This document shows positions 1 to 9,730 of a stretch of 64,000 nt of DNA, one piece after another. The notes beneath the pieces are model-generated. The model saw only the letters and a program-made list of their open reading frames with translations. It did no database searches and was not told where the DNA came from. The DNA is taken from positions 24,615-88,614 of the IMG/VR virus record IMGVR_UViG_3300021437_000012. One strand, 5' to 3'. The translations under genes were made by a program, and so were the position numbers. This DNA is from a virus. The first letter of the stretch is position 1. Each line of letters opens with the position of its first letter.

Positions 1-1
1 G

Positions 2-1870
2 AGTCCTAACTCCAATGATAGCCGCGTTTTCCGCAACGTCCCTATCACTTCTGAGAATCAGGATAGGGACGGCGATGTAGTGCGCGTAGATGGTATCAAG
101 CTGGACAATTTCCTGCGTAATCCCGTGCTGCTTTTCGTTCACAATAAGTTGCCTGGAATGCCCGTGTTCCCGGTTGGTAAAGTGTTGTCATTCAAGAAGG
201 GTGCGCTAGCCGATGGAACTAAGGCGCTATTTGCCGATATTCAGTTTGCCAACATTGGCAATGAATTCATCGATACGCTTTACAAGTTATGGCAAGAGGG
301 TTACATGTCGGCAACGTCGATTGGTTTTAAACCGATCAAGGCGCGATCGATTGACCAACGTGGACGCCCGCTTACCGATTTAGTTCCTGCTGGAAACGTT
401 ACGATGGATGCCGACATTGCTTCTAAGTTTCAGGCGATGATGGGTGGTCCTCGCGAATATCTCGAATCCGAGCTTGTTGAACTTTCAGTGGTGCCTGTCG
501 GTTCTAATACTGACGCGGTATATCAGCGGTTCTTCACGCCTACGGTTATGAAGTCCTTTGAGGCGCTTGTCCATAAGACGATGGATACTCAGAATGGACT
601 TGTCGAGGCGGGTAACGTTGCTGAAAAAAAGTGCGTTGGAACACACTGCCCCGACTGTGCGACCAAGGATGCTCACGGTTCTGCGCACTGCGAAAAATGC
701 ACTGCACCCGATGTTATAAAAGAAGTCACTTGCGGCGGCGCGCACTGCGAAGGATGTGTGAACAAATCGCACGAGACTACGCATTGTGAAATGTGCGCGA
801 CCAAAGAAGTGACTAAAGGCGGCGCTGGCTCCGGTAACTTCGGCCATTCCGGTTCCGACTCTTGGGACGCTGCCTCGGAAGTTAAGAGCGCATCTACCGA
901 CGATCTAAATAAAATGTGCGCGTGGGTCGCAGACAAGCCCGACGCCGACCTAACAAAGTCGGATTACAAACTCCCGCACCATGAGCGCGCTGGGTACAAA
1001 ACATCGTGGCCTGGAGTTAAAGCTGCGATGGGCGCACTTCTCGGTGCGCGTGGCGGCGTCGATATTCCGCAAGCGGATAAAGACGCCGTGTACAACCATT
1101 TGGCAAAACATTATGCAGAGTTTGACAAAAAGCCACCGGAAAACAAAGACTACACTCCTGCGCAGTTGAAGCGACTTTTCTCGAATTCTTCACCTTCGGA
1201 AGTGGCGCGCGTTCTCAAGTCTCTCACCGTCGAAGAATGCCCGAATTGCAAAACCATCGCTACTGCATCCGTTGAGTGTGGTGGATTCGTACCACACACT
1301 TCTGAGGCTGGTGAACTTTGCAACGGCCCCGATGAATTCGGCGCGCGTGGTGTGCCGGTTAAAACGCTTGTGCGTTCACTTGCACATTCCCACTTCAAAG
1401 ACTTCGCAGGCGAGCGCGAGAAGTTACTTTTAACTGGTGCAGCGAGTCTTACTTACAAAGAATCAGCTACTCAGTTAATAGCGCGGGCTGCACAATTTGT
1501 GAATTCGCTCGCACATAAGATGGAAATTGAACCTACTCCAATGGCTGATAACGACGGTGATGAGGATAAGGGTAACTTCACCGACGAAGATTATGCTACA
1601 CTAACAGAGTCGATAGAAACTTTGAATCAGGTATTGGACGCTCTCCGCGTCGTCCAAACCCGGGCCAGTCAGACGCGGGTAACGCAACCCTCGGGTGGCG
1701 ACAATCAAGCGATGAACCAATTAAACGCAGAAACTCCAAATAAATCGCTATCGTCGTCCGAAATCGCCAAGTCGGTTGCGTCTAATCCCGCACTTCTTAG
1801 TGCTGTGACTACACTGACTGAACGACTGACGACGGTAGCCAACGAGGCTACCAGTGGCAGACGAGCTTAA
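2..1870 (+). CDS. HK97-family prohead maturation protease with long C-terminal extension (5'-truncated)
   Basis: Frame is open from base 2 (ITSENQDRDGDVVRVDG...NPVLLFVH...SIGF...LVELSVVPVGSN); lies immediately before the capsid gene. Confidence 0.85.
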   Translation, partial: SPNSNDSRVFRNVPITSENQDRDGDVVRVDGIKLDNFLRNPVLLFVHNKLPGMPVFPVGKVLSFKKGALADGTKALFADIQFANIGNEFIDTLYKLWQEGYMSATSIGFKPIKARSIDQRGRPLTDLVPAGNVTMDADIASKFQAMMGGPREYLESELVELSVVPVGSNTDAVYQRFFTPTVMKSFEALVHKTMDTQNGLVEAGNVAEKKCVGTHCPDCATKDAHGSAHCEKCTAPDVIKEVTCGGAHCEGCVNKSHETTHCEMCATKEVTKGGAGSGNFGHSGSDSWDAASEVKSASTDDLNKMCAWVADKPDADLTKSDYKLPHHERAGYKTSWPGVKAAMGALLGARGGVDIPQADKDAVYNHLAKHYAEFDKKPPENKDYTPAQLKRLFSNSSPSEVARVLKSLTVEECPNCKTIATASVECGGFVPHTSEAGELCNGPDEFGARGVPVKTLVRSLAHSHFKDFAGEREKLLLTGAASLTYKESATQLIARAAQFVNSLAHKMEIEPTPMADNDGDEDKGNFTDEDYATLTESIETLNQVLDALRVVQTRASQTRVTQPSGGDNQAMNQLNAETPNKSLSSSEIAKSVASNPALLSAVTTLTERLTTVANEATSGRRA

Positions 1871-3539
1871 GACTCCCGATCCGGCGCAGAATCTTGCGGA
1901 TGCGCTCAACAATCTTGCTACCGTCACTAAGGCGGTAAGCACGCAACCCACCCCTAACGCGACTCCTGCCGAGCAGAAGCCCGTTTCGACCGAAACCAAA
2001 GTCGAGCAGACTCCGGTTCAGGCGTTCAAGTCGTATCTCAATCTCGCAAATCAGCAGCTTGATTTGGCTACTTCGGAAGCCGATAAGGCTGCAATTCGTG
2101 CGGGGTTGAATGACACTCTTACGAAGATCGACGCCGACGTTAAAAAAATGCCGGTGGGTGACTACGTTAAGAAAACCGAATGGGGCGTTGAGGAAGCGAA
2201 GAACTACCTTGCTGAAATTGGGGGCATCCCGAAGACGGAAGTGAAGGGTATTTTTTCAAACCTCGGGGCACAACGTACTGCATCCGCAGATTCGTGGCGT
2301 GCTCAGTTCGGCAACCGTACTCCCCTTGACGTTCTTTTCAAGGGTGCGATGATCCCTGACACTTCCGGTCCTTACGAGAAGGCTAAGCCTCTTATCGTTA
2401 AGGATGACATGCTGGAGCGTGCGCGCGATCTGCACGATCAGGTTTTCGTGTGGATGCTACACAAGCAGGCGCAGAACGGCGGCATGGGTGTTGACCCGCG
2501 TACACAGTGCCGCATTTGGCCTGAGTACGCAAAGGCGATGGAGTACGTTGGTAAGGCGCTGGATACCACCGACACTGCTAACTGGGTGCCGACTGGGTTC
2601 ACGACTGACTTACTCGCTCGCTACGATCTTGATCGTAACGTTAGCCGTCAACTGCGTACTTTCCAACAGCCCCGCAACCCCTTTGATTATCCCGTCATGG
2701 GGGCGCGCACGACCACGTACAAAATCAGTGAACAGACTGCGGATATTGAGTCGGCTACGGCTGTCACGACTTCTGACATGACGCCGCTGAAAATCACGTT
2801 AACACTCGCTTCTCTCGGCGCTCGCACGTCTTGGAGCTACGAGTTAGACGAGGATTCGATCATCGCAATCGCTACTGAGGCCCGCAATCAGTTGGGAATC
2901 TCGATGGCGTACTCGGAAGAAGACGCGCTTATCAATGGTGATACCACGGGTACTCACCAGGATGCGGACGTTACTTCTTCGAGCGATATCCGCAAAATCT
3001 GGAAGGGTTTTCGTAAGTACGCGATTCAGCAGTCGTACACCACGGACGGTTCCGCGAAGGTCGTTGAGACGCTGACCGGAATGATCAAGTCGATGGGTAA
3101 GTACGGCGCGCGTCCTGCGGATCTTTTCTGGGTTTGCGCTCCTGGGCTGCGAGCGGACTTCTTGTCCCTTAAGGACACCAACAACAATCCTGTAATGATC
3201 GGCCTTCCTGTCATGGGCGCGGGTAACAGCCCGATGGTCATGACGTTGGCTGATGTGCCACTTCTTCTCGGATTGCCGTTGGTCGTTTCTGAGGCTTTCC
3301 GCTCGGACTTGAACGCGTCGGGCGTTTTCGACAACACTACCACGTCTAAGACGGGTCTTTTGCTCGTCAACCGCAAGGGTTGGATCTATAGCTACTCGAA
3401 TGAGCAGCCGCTTATCGAGTCGCAGCGTTGGATTCGCACCCGGCAGATCGAGATCGTTGCTTCGATGCGGCGTGCGTTCAACCCGATCTTCGCCATTGCA
3501 TCGAACAAGACGGTTTGGTACGATTACAACATGGCCTAA
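1854..3539 (+). CDS. Major capsid protein (HK97 fold) with N-terminal scaffold-like region
   Basis: 561 aa; WVPTGFTTDL...ELDEDS...EEDALINGD pattern; follows the protease and is followed by a terminator. Confidence 0.85.
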   Translation: MADELKTPDPAQNLADALNNLATVTKAVSTQPTPNATPAEQKPVSTETKVEQTPVQAFKSYLNLANQQLDLATSEADKAAIRAGLNDTLTKIDADVKKMPVGDYVKKTEWGVEEAKNYLAEIGGIPKTEVKGIFSNLGAQRTASADSWRAQFGNRTPLDVLFKGAMIPDTSGPYEKAKPLIVKDDMLERARDLHDQVFVWMLHKQAQNGGMGVDPRTQCRIWPEYAKAMEYVGKALDTTDTANWVPTGFTTDLLARYDLDRNVSRQLRTFQQPRNPFDYPVMGARTTTYKISEQTADIESATAVTTSDMTPLKITLTLASLGARTSWSYELDEDSIIAIATEARNQLGISMAYSEEDALINGDTTGTHQDADVTSSSDIRKIWKGFRKYAIQQSYTTDGSAKVVETLTGMIKSMGKYGARPADLFWVCAPGLRADFLSLKDTNNNPVMIGLPVMGAGNSPMVMTLADVPLLLGLPLVVSEAFRSDLNASGVFDNTTTSKTGLLLVNRKGWIYSYSNEQPLIESQRWIRTRQIEIVASMRRAFNPIFAIASNKTVWYDYNMA

Positions 3540-3569
3540 GTCTTCCTCCTGGACTTAGAGCTTGCACGG

Positions 3570-3604
3570 CGGCGCGCTGAAGTAACTAAGGCGCGCCGTT
3601 TTTA
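3570..3604 (+). terminator. Intrinsic terminator after capsid gene
   Basis: CGGCGCGC/GCGCGCCG stem followed by T-tract. Confidence 0.7.
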
Positions 3605-3813
3605 TTTGGTTTGAATCCTACTTTTTTAGTTAGTCCTGGCTGTATAGCTAAGCTGCTTTCATAGAACCATTCTACTGTGCGCCTTCCTTCAATCCACCAC
3701 GTAATTTCGTAATATGGAGCCTGATTGTTTATTATCGAAATTGCGGTAACAGTGCCTTGAATCCTGCTATCTTCGATGTAAACCCTTGTGTCTAAAGGAA
3801 TTATCTGGATCAT
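3586..3813 (-). CDS. Small beta-rich hypothetical protein, counter-oriented
   Basis: AGGAG RBS before ATG 3813; SH3/YodC-like pattern (GTVTAISI..YEITWW..EWFYESSL). Confidence 0.55.
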   Translation of the reverse strand: MIQIIPLDTRVYIEDSRIQGTVTAISIINNQAPYYEITWWIEGRRTVEWFYESSLAIQPGLTKKVGFKPNKNGAP

Positions 3814-3834
3814 GCTGTGGGCTCCTTTCATCGG

Positions 3835-3863
3835 TTGACAACTGAGTTATGCAGGAGTATAGT
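3835..3863 (+). promoter_or_regulatory. Sigma70-type promoter for glycan island
   Basis: TTGACA-17 nt-TATAGT. Confidence 0.75.
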
Positions 3864-3872
3864 ATGGTTACG

Positions 3873-4586
3873 ATGAATGAGTCAACGCTAGTTTGTGTAA
3901 GCGGGTTTAATGATGGCGCACAAATGTTGCGCGAATGTGTACAATCCGCCAACGCACTTGGTTTTCATGTTCTGTATATGGACGGTGCATACCCGCTGTT
4001 CTTAGATGATCCCGACGAAGACGTGTGGACTTCAGACGAAGCCTTACAAAAAGCGCTAGTTGATCTTCACGTTGATGAAGGTGATCACGAATTTCGGTGG
4101 ACAAGCGAAGCTGATAAGAAAAATGAAGTTCTGCGTCAGGCCGAAACACTGCGCACACCTAGCGGTGGTTGGTACAAGTGGGCACTGTTTCTCGACGTAG
4201 ACGAAAGACTAGAGGGTACATACTACAATTTTACACCAGAGGACCACTACAAATTAGGTGATCCTACTGAGTTATGGTGGATCAACATGTATCGCTACGA
4301 TGTTCATTTACCCCATAATCCGCAAGGTTTCCCGATGCCGAGAATGTTGCGCTTGCATCCGTCCCTGCACTTCAAACCACCGCGTGATTACGACGTGTAT
4401 CGCGAGGAGAAACAAATCGCTTTCATGGACGGCGCTACTATACCGTCTTATTGCGAAGGACATTATGCGCTGTTAGATCCTGGCATTCTTCGTATTCGGC
4501 ACGAGCGCAATAAACGCACCGATGAGCGGCGCAATAAAGCGGGGCGTTATTATCAACGGCAACGTGGTGATGTGAATGTTAGATAA
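3873..4586 (+). CDS. GT-A/GT2-like glycosyltransferase
   Basis: WALFLDVDERL DxD motif; paralog of 14479-15189; start chosen by alignment to the paralog. Confidence 0.6.
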   Translation: MNESTLVCVSGFNDGAQMLRECVQSANALGFHVLYMDGAYPLFLDDPDEDVWTSDEALQKALVDLHVDEGDHEFRWTSEADKKNEVLRQAETLRTPSGGWYKWALFLDVDERLEGTYYNFTPEDHYKLGDPTELWWINMYRYDVHLPHNPQGFPMPRMLRLHPSLHFKPPRDYDVYREEKQIAFMDGATIPSYCEGHYALLDPGILRIRHERNKRTDERRNKAGRYYQRQRGDVNVR

Positions 4587-4938
4587 CCAACTTCAAGTAA
4601 CTAAGATGGGTTTTAAGAATGCTCGTAGCTACGAAGTTGGTGATCTTCCTTGGCTTGAAGATTTATTCGACTTAGCGAGGAAGCAGACGAACTTCTTACC
4701 TTATGCCCACAATTTTCCGGTCAAGACTTCGTGGAGCTTATCTGAGCTTGGGGCACATAACTTACTAACTAAAGACATAGTTAATGAGGTAGCTAACACA
4801 CTCGCGCGTGAAGAAGAGGACATGATTATCAATGGTGATCGTGGCGGACTCCTTGTGCGTAACTGGAAGATGCCTGAAATCAAATCCAATGGCAGCCTCA
4901 TCGGTAACTATTCCGTAGGATTTAGGAGCAACACATGA
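4576..4938 (+). CDS. Short protein resembling a fragment of the major capsid protein
   Basis: KTSWSLSEL...AREEEDMIINGD versus capsid RTSWSYEL...AYSEEDALINGD. Confidence 0.55.
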   Translation: MLDNQLQVTKMGFKNARSYEVGDLPWLEDLFDLARKQTNFLPYAHNFPVKTSWSLSELGAHNLLTKDIVNEVANTLAREEEDMIINGDRGGLLVRNWKMPEIKSNGSLIGNYSVGFRSNT

Positions 4939-5915
4939 AATTCCAAAAACAGAACATTCTCATTACTGGTGCGGGTGGTTTTCTTGGTTGGCATCTTTCT
5001 GAATACTTGCACGCGCAAGGTCACAACGTAACTGGTATCGATCTACACACTGCCAAGTATGCTCCTCATTCGTCTACTCAATTGTTAATTCGAGACGTAA
5101 GAAATCCTGGATGGGTGCCTGGAGCTAAATACGACGTAGTGTACGCGCTAGCAGCAGATATGGGCGGTATGGGGTACATCTCGCAACACTCCGCGGAGAT
5201 TCTTGCCAACAACCTTAGAGTGAATCTCAGTACAGTAGAGGCTGTACGCTTGCATAAAATTTCGCGCGTTGTGTTTGCATCTTCCGCGTGTGTCTACAAC
5301 GAATTGAAACAAGATGGGGCGGACTCCAAACCGCTCACTGAAGACGATGCGTACCCCGCACTGCCCGATACAGAATATGGTTGGGAGAAGCTAATCTCGG
5401 AACGTCTGTATCAAGCCTACGCAAAAGCTTACGGATTCACTGCGCATATCGTAAGGTTTCACAACGTCTTCGGACCTTACGGATCGTGGAATGATGGGCG
5501 TGAGAAAGCACCAGCCGCTATTTGTCGGAAAGTCGCGGAGCATAAAGCAAAACGTACTAAAGAGATTGAGGTTTGGGGTGATGGGCAGCAACGTCGGTCA
5601 TTTTTGTATGTGGGTGACTGGCTTAAGGGGTTGCAAAAACTTGTCGATGGTAACATTGTGGGGCCTATCAATCTTGGGTCTGCGGATGACGTGTCTATTG
5701 CGGAGTTAGTAGCTCAGGTGTGTGAAATTGCAGGTGTAAAAGATCCTGTGATTAAGTTCATCCCTGGACCGCAAGGTGTGCGAGCACGTAACTCTGACAA
5801 TACACTTATTAAGAAGTTAACGGAGTGGGAACCGCCTGCGAATACGTTGAATCGTGGGCTTAAGGTGTTGTACCCTTGGATTGAGGAGCAAGTATGGAAC
5901 GTGCGCAAGACTTAA
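4935..5915 (+). CDS. GDP-mannose 3,5-epimerase-like NAD-dependent epimerase
   Basis: TGAGGFLG, AADMGGMGYI, ASSACVY, YGWEK, GREKAPAAICRK, WGDG, RNSDNTLIK. Confidence 0.9.
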   Translation: MKFQKQNILITGAGGFLGWHLSEYLHAQGHNVTGIDLHTAKYAPHSSTQLLIRDVRNPGWVPGAKYDVVYALAADMGGMGYISQHSAEILANNLRVNLSTVEAVRLHKISRVVFASSACVYNELKQDGADSKPLTEDDAYPALPDTEYGWEKLISERLYQAYAKAYGFTAHIVRFHNVFGPYGSWNDGREKAPAAICRKVAEHKAKRTKEIEVWGDGQQRRSFLYVGDWLKGLQKLVDGNIVGPINLGSADDVSIAELVAQVCEIAGVKDPVIKFIPGPQGVRARNSDNTLIKKLTEWEPPANTLNRGLKVLYPWIEEQVWNVRKT

Positions 5916-6550
5916 CACATTCAGAGATTGCGTCTTTCGTTGGGCACGCTAGTCCACTGATTCTTGAAATCGGCGCTAACGATGGCGCTGATACTGCACA
6001 GTTTCTTGAACACTTCCAAGGTAGACCGCTTATCTACTGTTTCGAGTGTGATCCACGCGCGATTGATAAATTCAGAGTCCGCAATTTTTCACCCGAGCGC
6101 GTAATCCTCACTGAAATCGCACTCGCCTCAAAGTCCGGCACACACGAGTTTTACCAATCTGGTGGTACGCCCACTATGGATCGCTCGATTGATTGGGATA
6201 AGTCTGGCTCTTTATTTCGTCCTACTGGACATCTAGTCTATTCGCCTTGGTGTAAGTTTGATAGCAAAATTGAAGTGCCTACCATTACACTTGATGAATG
6301 GGCTGAAGAAAATATACCAAATGAGCCCATAATCGACTTTATTTGGATCGATACGCAGGGTGCCGAACTAGATATATTTCGTGGTGGTTTGCATACTCTA
6401 GCAAAGACACGTTTTGTTAAGACCGAATGCCACCGCACAATTATGTATGAAGGAGCACCAACTGAGGGAGATTTGCGCGGATTTTTTTATGAGTGGACCT
6501 ATATAGGACGTTACGCTGATGATCTTCTTTTTAGGAATGATGCAGTATGA
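5894..6550 (+). CDS. FkbM-family (NoeI-like) sugar O-methyltransferase
   Basis: LEIGANDG, FECDPR, DWDKSGSL, IDFIWIDTQGAE. Confidence 0.85.
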   Translation: MERAQDLTHSEIASFVGHASPLILEIGANDGADTAQFLEHFQGRPLIYCFECDPRAIDKFRVRNFSPERVILTEIALASKSGTHEFYQSGGTPTMDRSIDWDKSGSLFRPTGHLVYSPWCKFDSKIEVPTITLDEWAEENIPNEPIIDFIWIDTQGAELDIFRGGLHTLAKTRFVKTECHRTIMYEGAPTEGDLRGFFYEWTYIGRYADDLLFRNDAV

Positions 6551-7515
6551 CGAGTAAAGAGCTACGCGCATTACGAGACGTTACTAAAAATATCGAGGGT
6601 GTTACTGATTTATTTGATATAGCACTGCAAGAATTAGCAATTAAAGAGCAGATGAACGCAGATTTACGTGAAACATACGAAACCTTAGTTGACCAGCGTA
6701 ATCAAGCTGAACTTGAGCGCGCTAGTATTCAAGCTAGTTTTCGCGGAGTTGAGCGCGAACGTGATAATTCTCAGATTGCTCTTTTTGAGTCTCGTCGCGA
6801 ATTGTTTCAACATTATGGAGCTTCTGATGCTTCGTTAGTTACTCGCATATTTGGTGAACCTGGGTATTTGGCAATGGTACGTGCAGAAAAAGCCCATCTC
6901 GTTAGTTTGAAATTAAATTGGGATAATAAGTCTGCATTAGAGGTAGGTGCGGGAATTGGGGAGCATACATCATTTCTTTTAGATCGTAATTGTGTTGTAA
7001 CTACTTCCGATGGGCGGGAAGATAATACGGCAATCCTACAACGTCGTTGGGGACATCGTACACGAGTACGTAAATGGGATGTAGAGAATGTGCAGGACTA
7101 TGACGCTAGTCGATATGAAATTTTGCACGTGTACGGACTTCTTTATCATTTGAAAGAACCTGCGCTAGCAATTAAATTACTTAGTAGATTATGCACTAAT
7201 TTTATGGTACTTAGTACCTGTGTTCAATCAACTGATGGCGAATCTGAATTTATGTTGGCAGAAGACCCTGCTGATTTGCGTAATTCTGTAAATGGCTACG
7301 GAGTACGACCTTCACGTCAATGGGTATTTAACGAGCTTCTCTGCCATTTTCCTTATGCTTATTACACTACTACACAGCCAAATCATACGGATTACCCATT
7401 AGAATTTAAAACTCCAAAATTGGGACTTACTCGTGCTGTATTTGTCGCTTCACATACGTCGCTTAGTAATTCGTCACTTTCTACGTTAAAACCTGATGTG
7501 TATGAGCGCATATAA
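6547..7515 (+). CDS. Class I SAM methyltransferase with N-terminal coiled coil
   Basis: LEVGAGIG, YGLLYHL. Confidence 0.75.
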   Translation: MTSKELRALRDVTKNIEGVTDLFDIALQELAIKEQMNADLRETYETLVDQRNQAELERASIQASFRGVERERDNSQIALFESRRELFQHYGASDASLVTRIFGEPGYLAMVRAEKAHLVSLKLNWDNKSALEVGAGIGEHTSFLLDRNCVVTTSDGREDNTAILQRRWGHRTRVRKWDVENVQDYDASRYEILHVYGLLYHLKEPALAIKLLSRLCTNFMVLSTCVQSTDGESEFMLAEDPADLRNSVNGYGVRPSRQWVFNELLCHFPYAYYTTTQPNHTDYPLEFKTPKLGLTRAVFVASHTSLSNSSLSTLKPDVYERI

Positions 7516-8294
7516 TGCCTAAATTTGAGCTAGGGACGTTAGATACTTGGTACGTTAATCTTGATTCAAGGTTAGATCGTCGTGAGCATGTAGAGAATCA
7601 GTTAAAAAGAGTGGGTCTTCATGCACAACGGCAACGTGGTTATCTGCCCACTGAGTGGAACGGACCACAAGAAAAAATTCGGCGTATGTATGACCGCACT
7701 CCTGGTGCAATTGGCTGTCATATGAGTCAGACTGCAATTATTGCGCGTAGTCTTTTAACTCATCGCAATGTATTGGTATTAGAGGATGACGTTGTATTTT
7801 GTACTGATTTTATGGCGCGTATTAACTATATAGAAAATTTTCTTGACGGGTGTGAATGGGACATCTTTTGGCTGGGGGCTACTTTTCATTGTAATCCTCC
7901 GGTTTGGCACGCTATGGATGTATCAGATCCTTTGATGGCGCACATCGGACGCGATGTTGAGTTAACTGACGATCCCCGAATTCTGCGAACATATGGCATT
8001 TGGTCAACGTATGCGTACATTGTAAATGCAGATAGCGCGCATAAAATCTTGACTCTGTTTGACCAAAATCTCCATTTGTCAATCGGAATCGATTATTTAG
8101 CAATTATGTTGCAGCCCAAATTAAATACGTTCTGCTTTGTACCAGGGTGTGTAGTACAGTATGATAACCAAAGTAATATAGGCACTGGAGTTACAACGTT
8201 TTCTAACTTTAAAGCGCTTGGGCCTTACTGGTACGCAGACCGTATGACAGATTTTGACCCAGTTACTTTTAATTGGGCAGAGGCACGAGTATGA
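7515..8294 (+). CDS. Glycosyltransferase family 25
   Basis: YVNLDSRLDRR, GAIGCHMSQ, LVLEDD, TYAYIVN. Confidence 0.85.
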   Translation: MPKFELGTLDTWYVNLDSRLDRREHVENQLKRVGLHAQRQRGYLPTEWNGPQEKIRRMYDRTPGAIGCHMSQTAIIARSLLTHRNVLVLEDDVVFCTDFMARINYIENFLDGCEWDIFWLGATFHCNPPVWHAMDVSDPLMAHIGRDVELTDDPRILRTYGIWSTYAYIVNADSAHKILTLFDQNLHLSIGIDYLAIMLQPKLNTFCFVPGCVVQYDNQSNIGTGVTTFSNFKALGPYWYADRMTDFDPVTFNWAEARV

Positions 8295-9151
8295 AACGTG
8301 TTATCGTCTTAGTCGCTGATGATAACTATGTAGATCATGCTAAAGCTCTTGTTATGTGCTGTAAAAAGTATGGTAGTTGGATTGATGATTTTGCGTTTGT
8401 TTGCCCGTCAAATTCACGAGCGGCAGAGACGTTCTCACAAAAGGGGTTTAAGGTATGTCTTCGTGAAGCGGAGTCGTTCTTACAGAAATTTTATGTTTTT
8501 GATGATTTTTTTCGGCAGTGGGACCAAGTTCTATACATGGATTGTGACGTAATTGTACAGAGTGATCTATATAGACTTTTTAGTTTACTTGCTTCGTCTG
8601 AAAAGCCTATATTGATGGATACCGAAGACCTTACGACTCTCGAAACATTTTGGAGAGATGAGCACAAAATTCGCAATGCACCATTATATGCACGTATGCA
8701 ACTTGAATTCCCTCACATTACGCAGCGTACATTTAACTCTGCATTTATGTTGTTTCGCCCAAATGAGTTACCCGTAAATACTGTAAATAAATTGTTCGCA
8801 GTGCAGACATGGGTAAGTCCAGCTAATGTAATAAATTCTGAGAAGGATTCGTGTGGAATTTTGCGCGGGGGTGGTACTGACCAACAAATTATCAATCTTG
8901 TACTTTATTCTTATATAGCAGCTATTCCTAGTAAGTTCGTTTGTTATTGGGCTTTCGATGAAGGTGAATCTCGTGTTGTACCTTCGCGTGGATGGACTGG
9001 TACTGAAATTCCAGTAGCTTTACACTATTCGCGTTGGTACGCCCCTTGGATTGAGAAAGTACCCCACGCGGGAGCTTACATGGTGCATAGATTAGAGGAA
9101 TCCGCATACAATATTTATCAAGAAAATCTTAAGGACTTTGAAGCACTATAA
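8291..9151 (+). CDS. Glycosyltransferase family 8
   Basis: DDNY, VLYMDCDVIV, FNSAFML, DQQIIN, HY..PW. Confidence 0.8.
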   Translation: MKRVIVLVADDNYVDHAKALVMCCKKYGSWIDDFAFVCPSNSRAAETFSQKGFKVCLREAESFLQKFYVFDDFFRQWDQVLYMDCDVIVQSDLYRLFSLLASSEKPILMDTEDLTTLETFWRDEHKIRNAPLYARMQLEFPHITQRTFNSAFMLFRPNELPVNTVNKLFAVQTWVSPANVINSEKDSCGILRGGGTDQQIINLVLYSYIAAIPSKFVCYWAFDEGESRVVPSRGWTGTEIPVALHYSRWYAPWIEKVPHAGAYMVHRLEESAYNIYQENLKDFEAL

Positions 9152-9723
9152 TGGCGACTTTCGGTCTTGATTTACGTACTCGCCGCAGCCTAGTGGCCTC
9201 ACTTCCTCACAACGCTTGTGTTGCAGAAATAGGTGTACTAGCCGGGGACTTTTCTTCTGTTATTTTTACCGAAACCCATCCTACTGCGTTGTACTTAGTG
9301 GACTGCTGGCAGACACAAGATGCAGAGGTGTACGGACAAGACCCTGCTAGTGCAAATTCACAAGCGTACTTAGACGCTTTGTACAAAGAAGTATGTGCCA
9401 AATTTGCAAATAACCGGGAAGTAGTAGTAATACGAGATTTTTCTATTAAGGCTGCAATAAAATTTGCTAGTGAGTCTCTTGATTGGGTGTATATTGACGC
9501 AAATCATCTTCGTGTGCGTGAAGATATTGAAGCGTGGTGGCCCGCAGTAAAAAGTGGTGGATGGATTACAGGGCACGATTTTACTAATACGGTGGGTATC
9601 ACAGTAAAGACTGATGTTACAGCTTTTACTACTTCGCGTAATCTACCTCTATTTGTAACTACAGGTGAAGGTGGCGGTATATACGAAGTTAACTACCCAT
9701 CTTGGGCTTTTCAGAAACCGTGA
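9151..9723 (+). CDS. Class I SAM methyltransferase (Methyltransf_24-like)
   Basis: AEIGVLAG, LDWVYIDANH, GGWITGHD. Confidence 0.8.
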   Translation: MATFGLDLRTRRSLVASLPHNACVAEIGVLAGDFSSVIFTETHPTALYLVDCWQTQDAEVYGQDPASANSQAYLDALYKEVCAKFANNREVVVIRDFSIKAAIKFASESLDWVYIDANHLRVREDIEAWWPAVKSGGWITGHDFTNTVGITVKTDVTAFTTSRNLPLFVTTGEGGGIYEVNYPSWAFQKP

Positions 9724-9730
9724 GGTTGGT

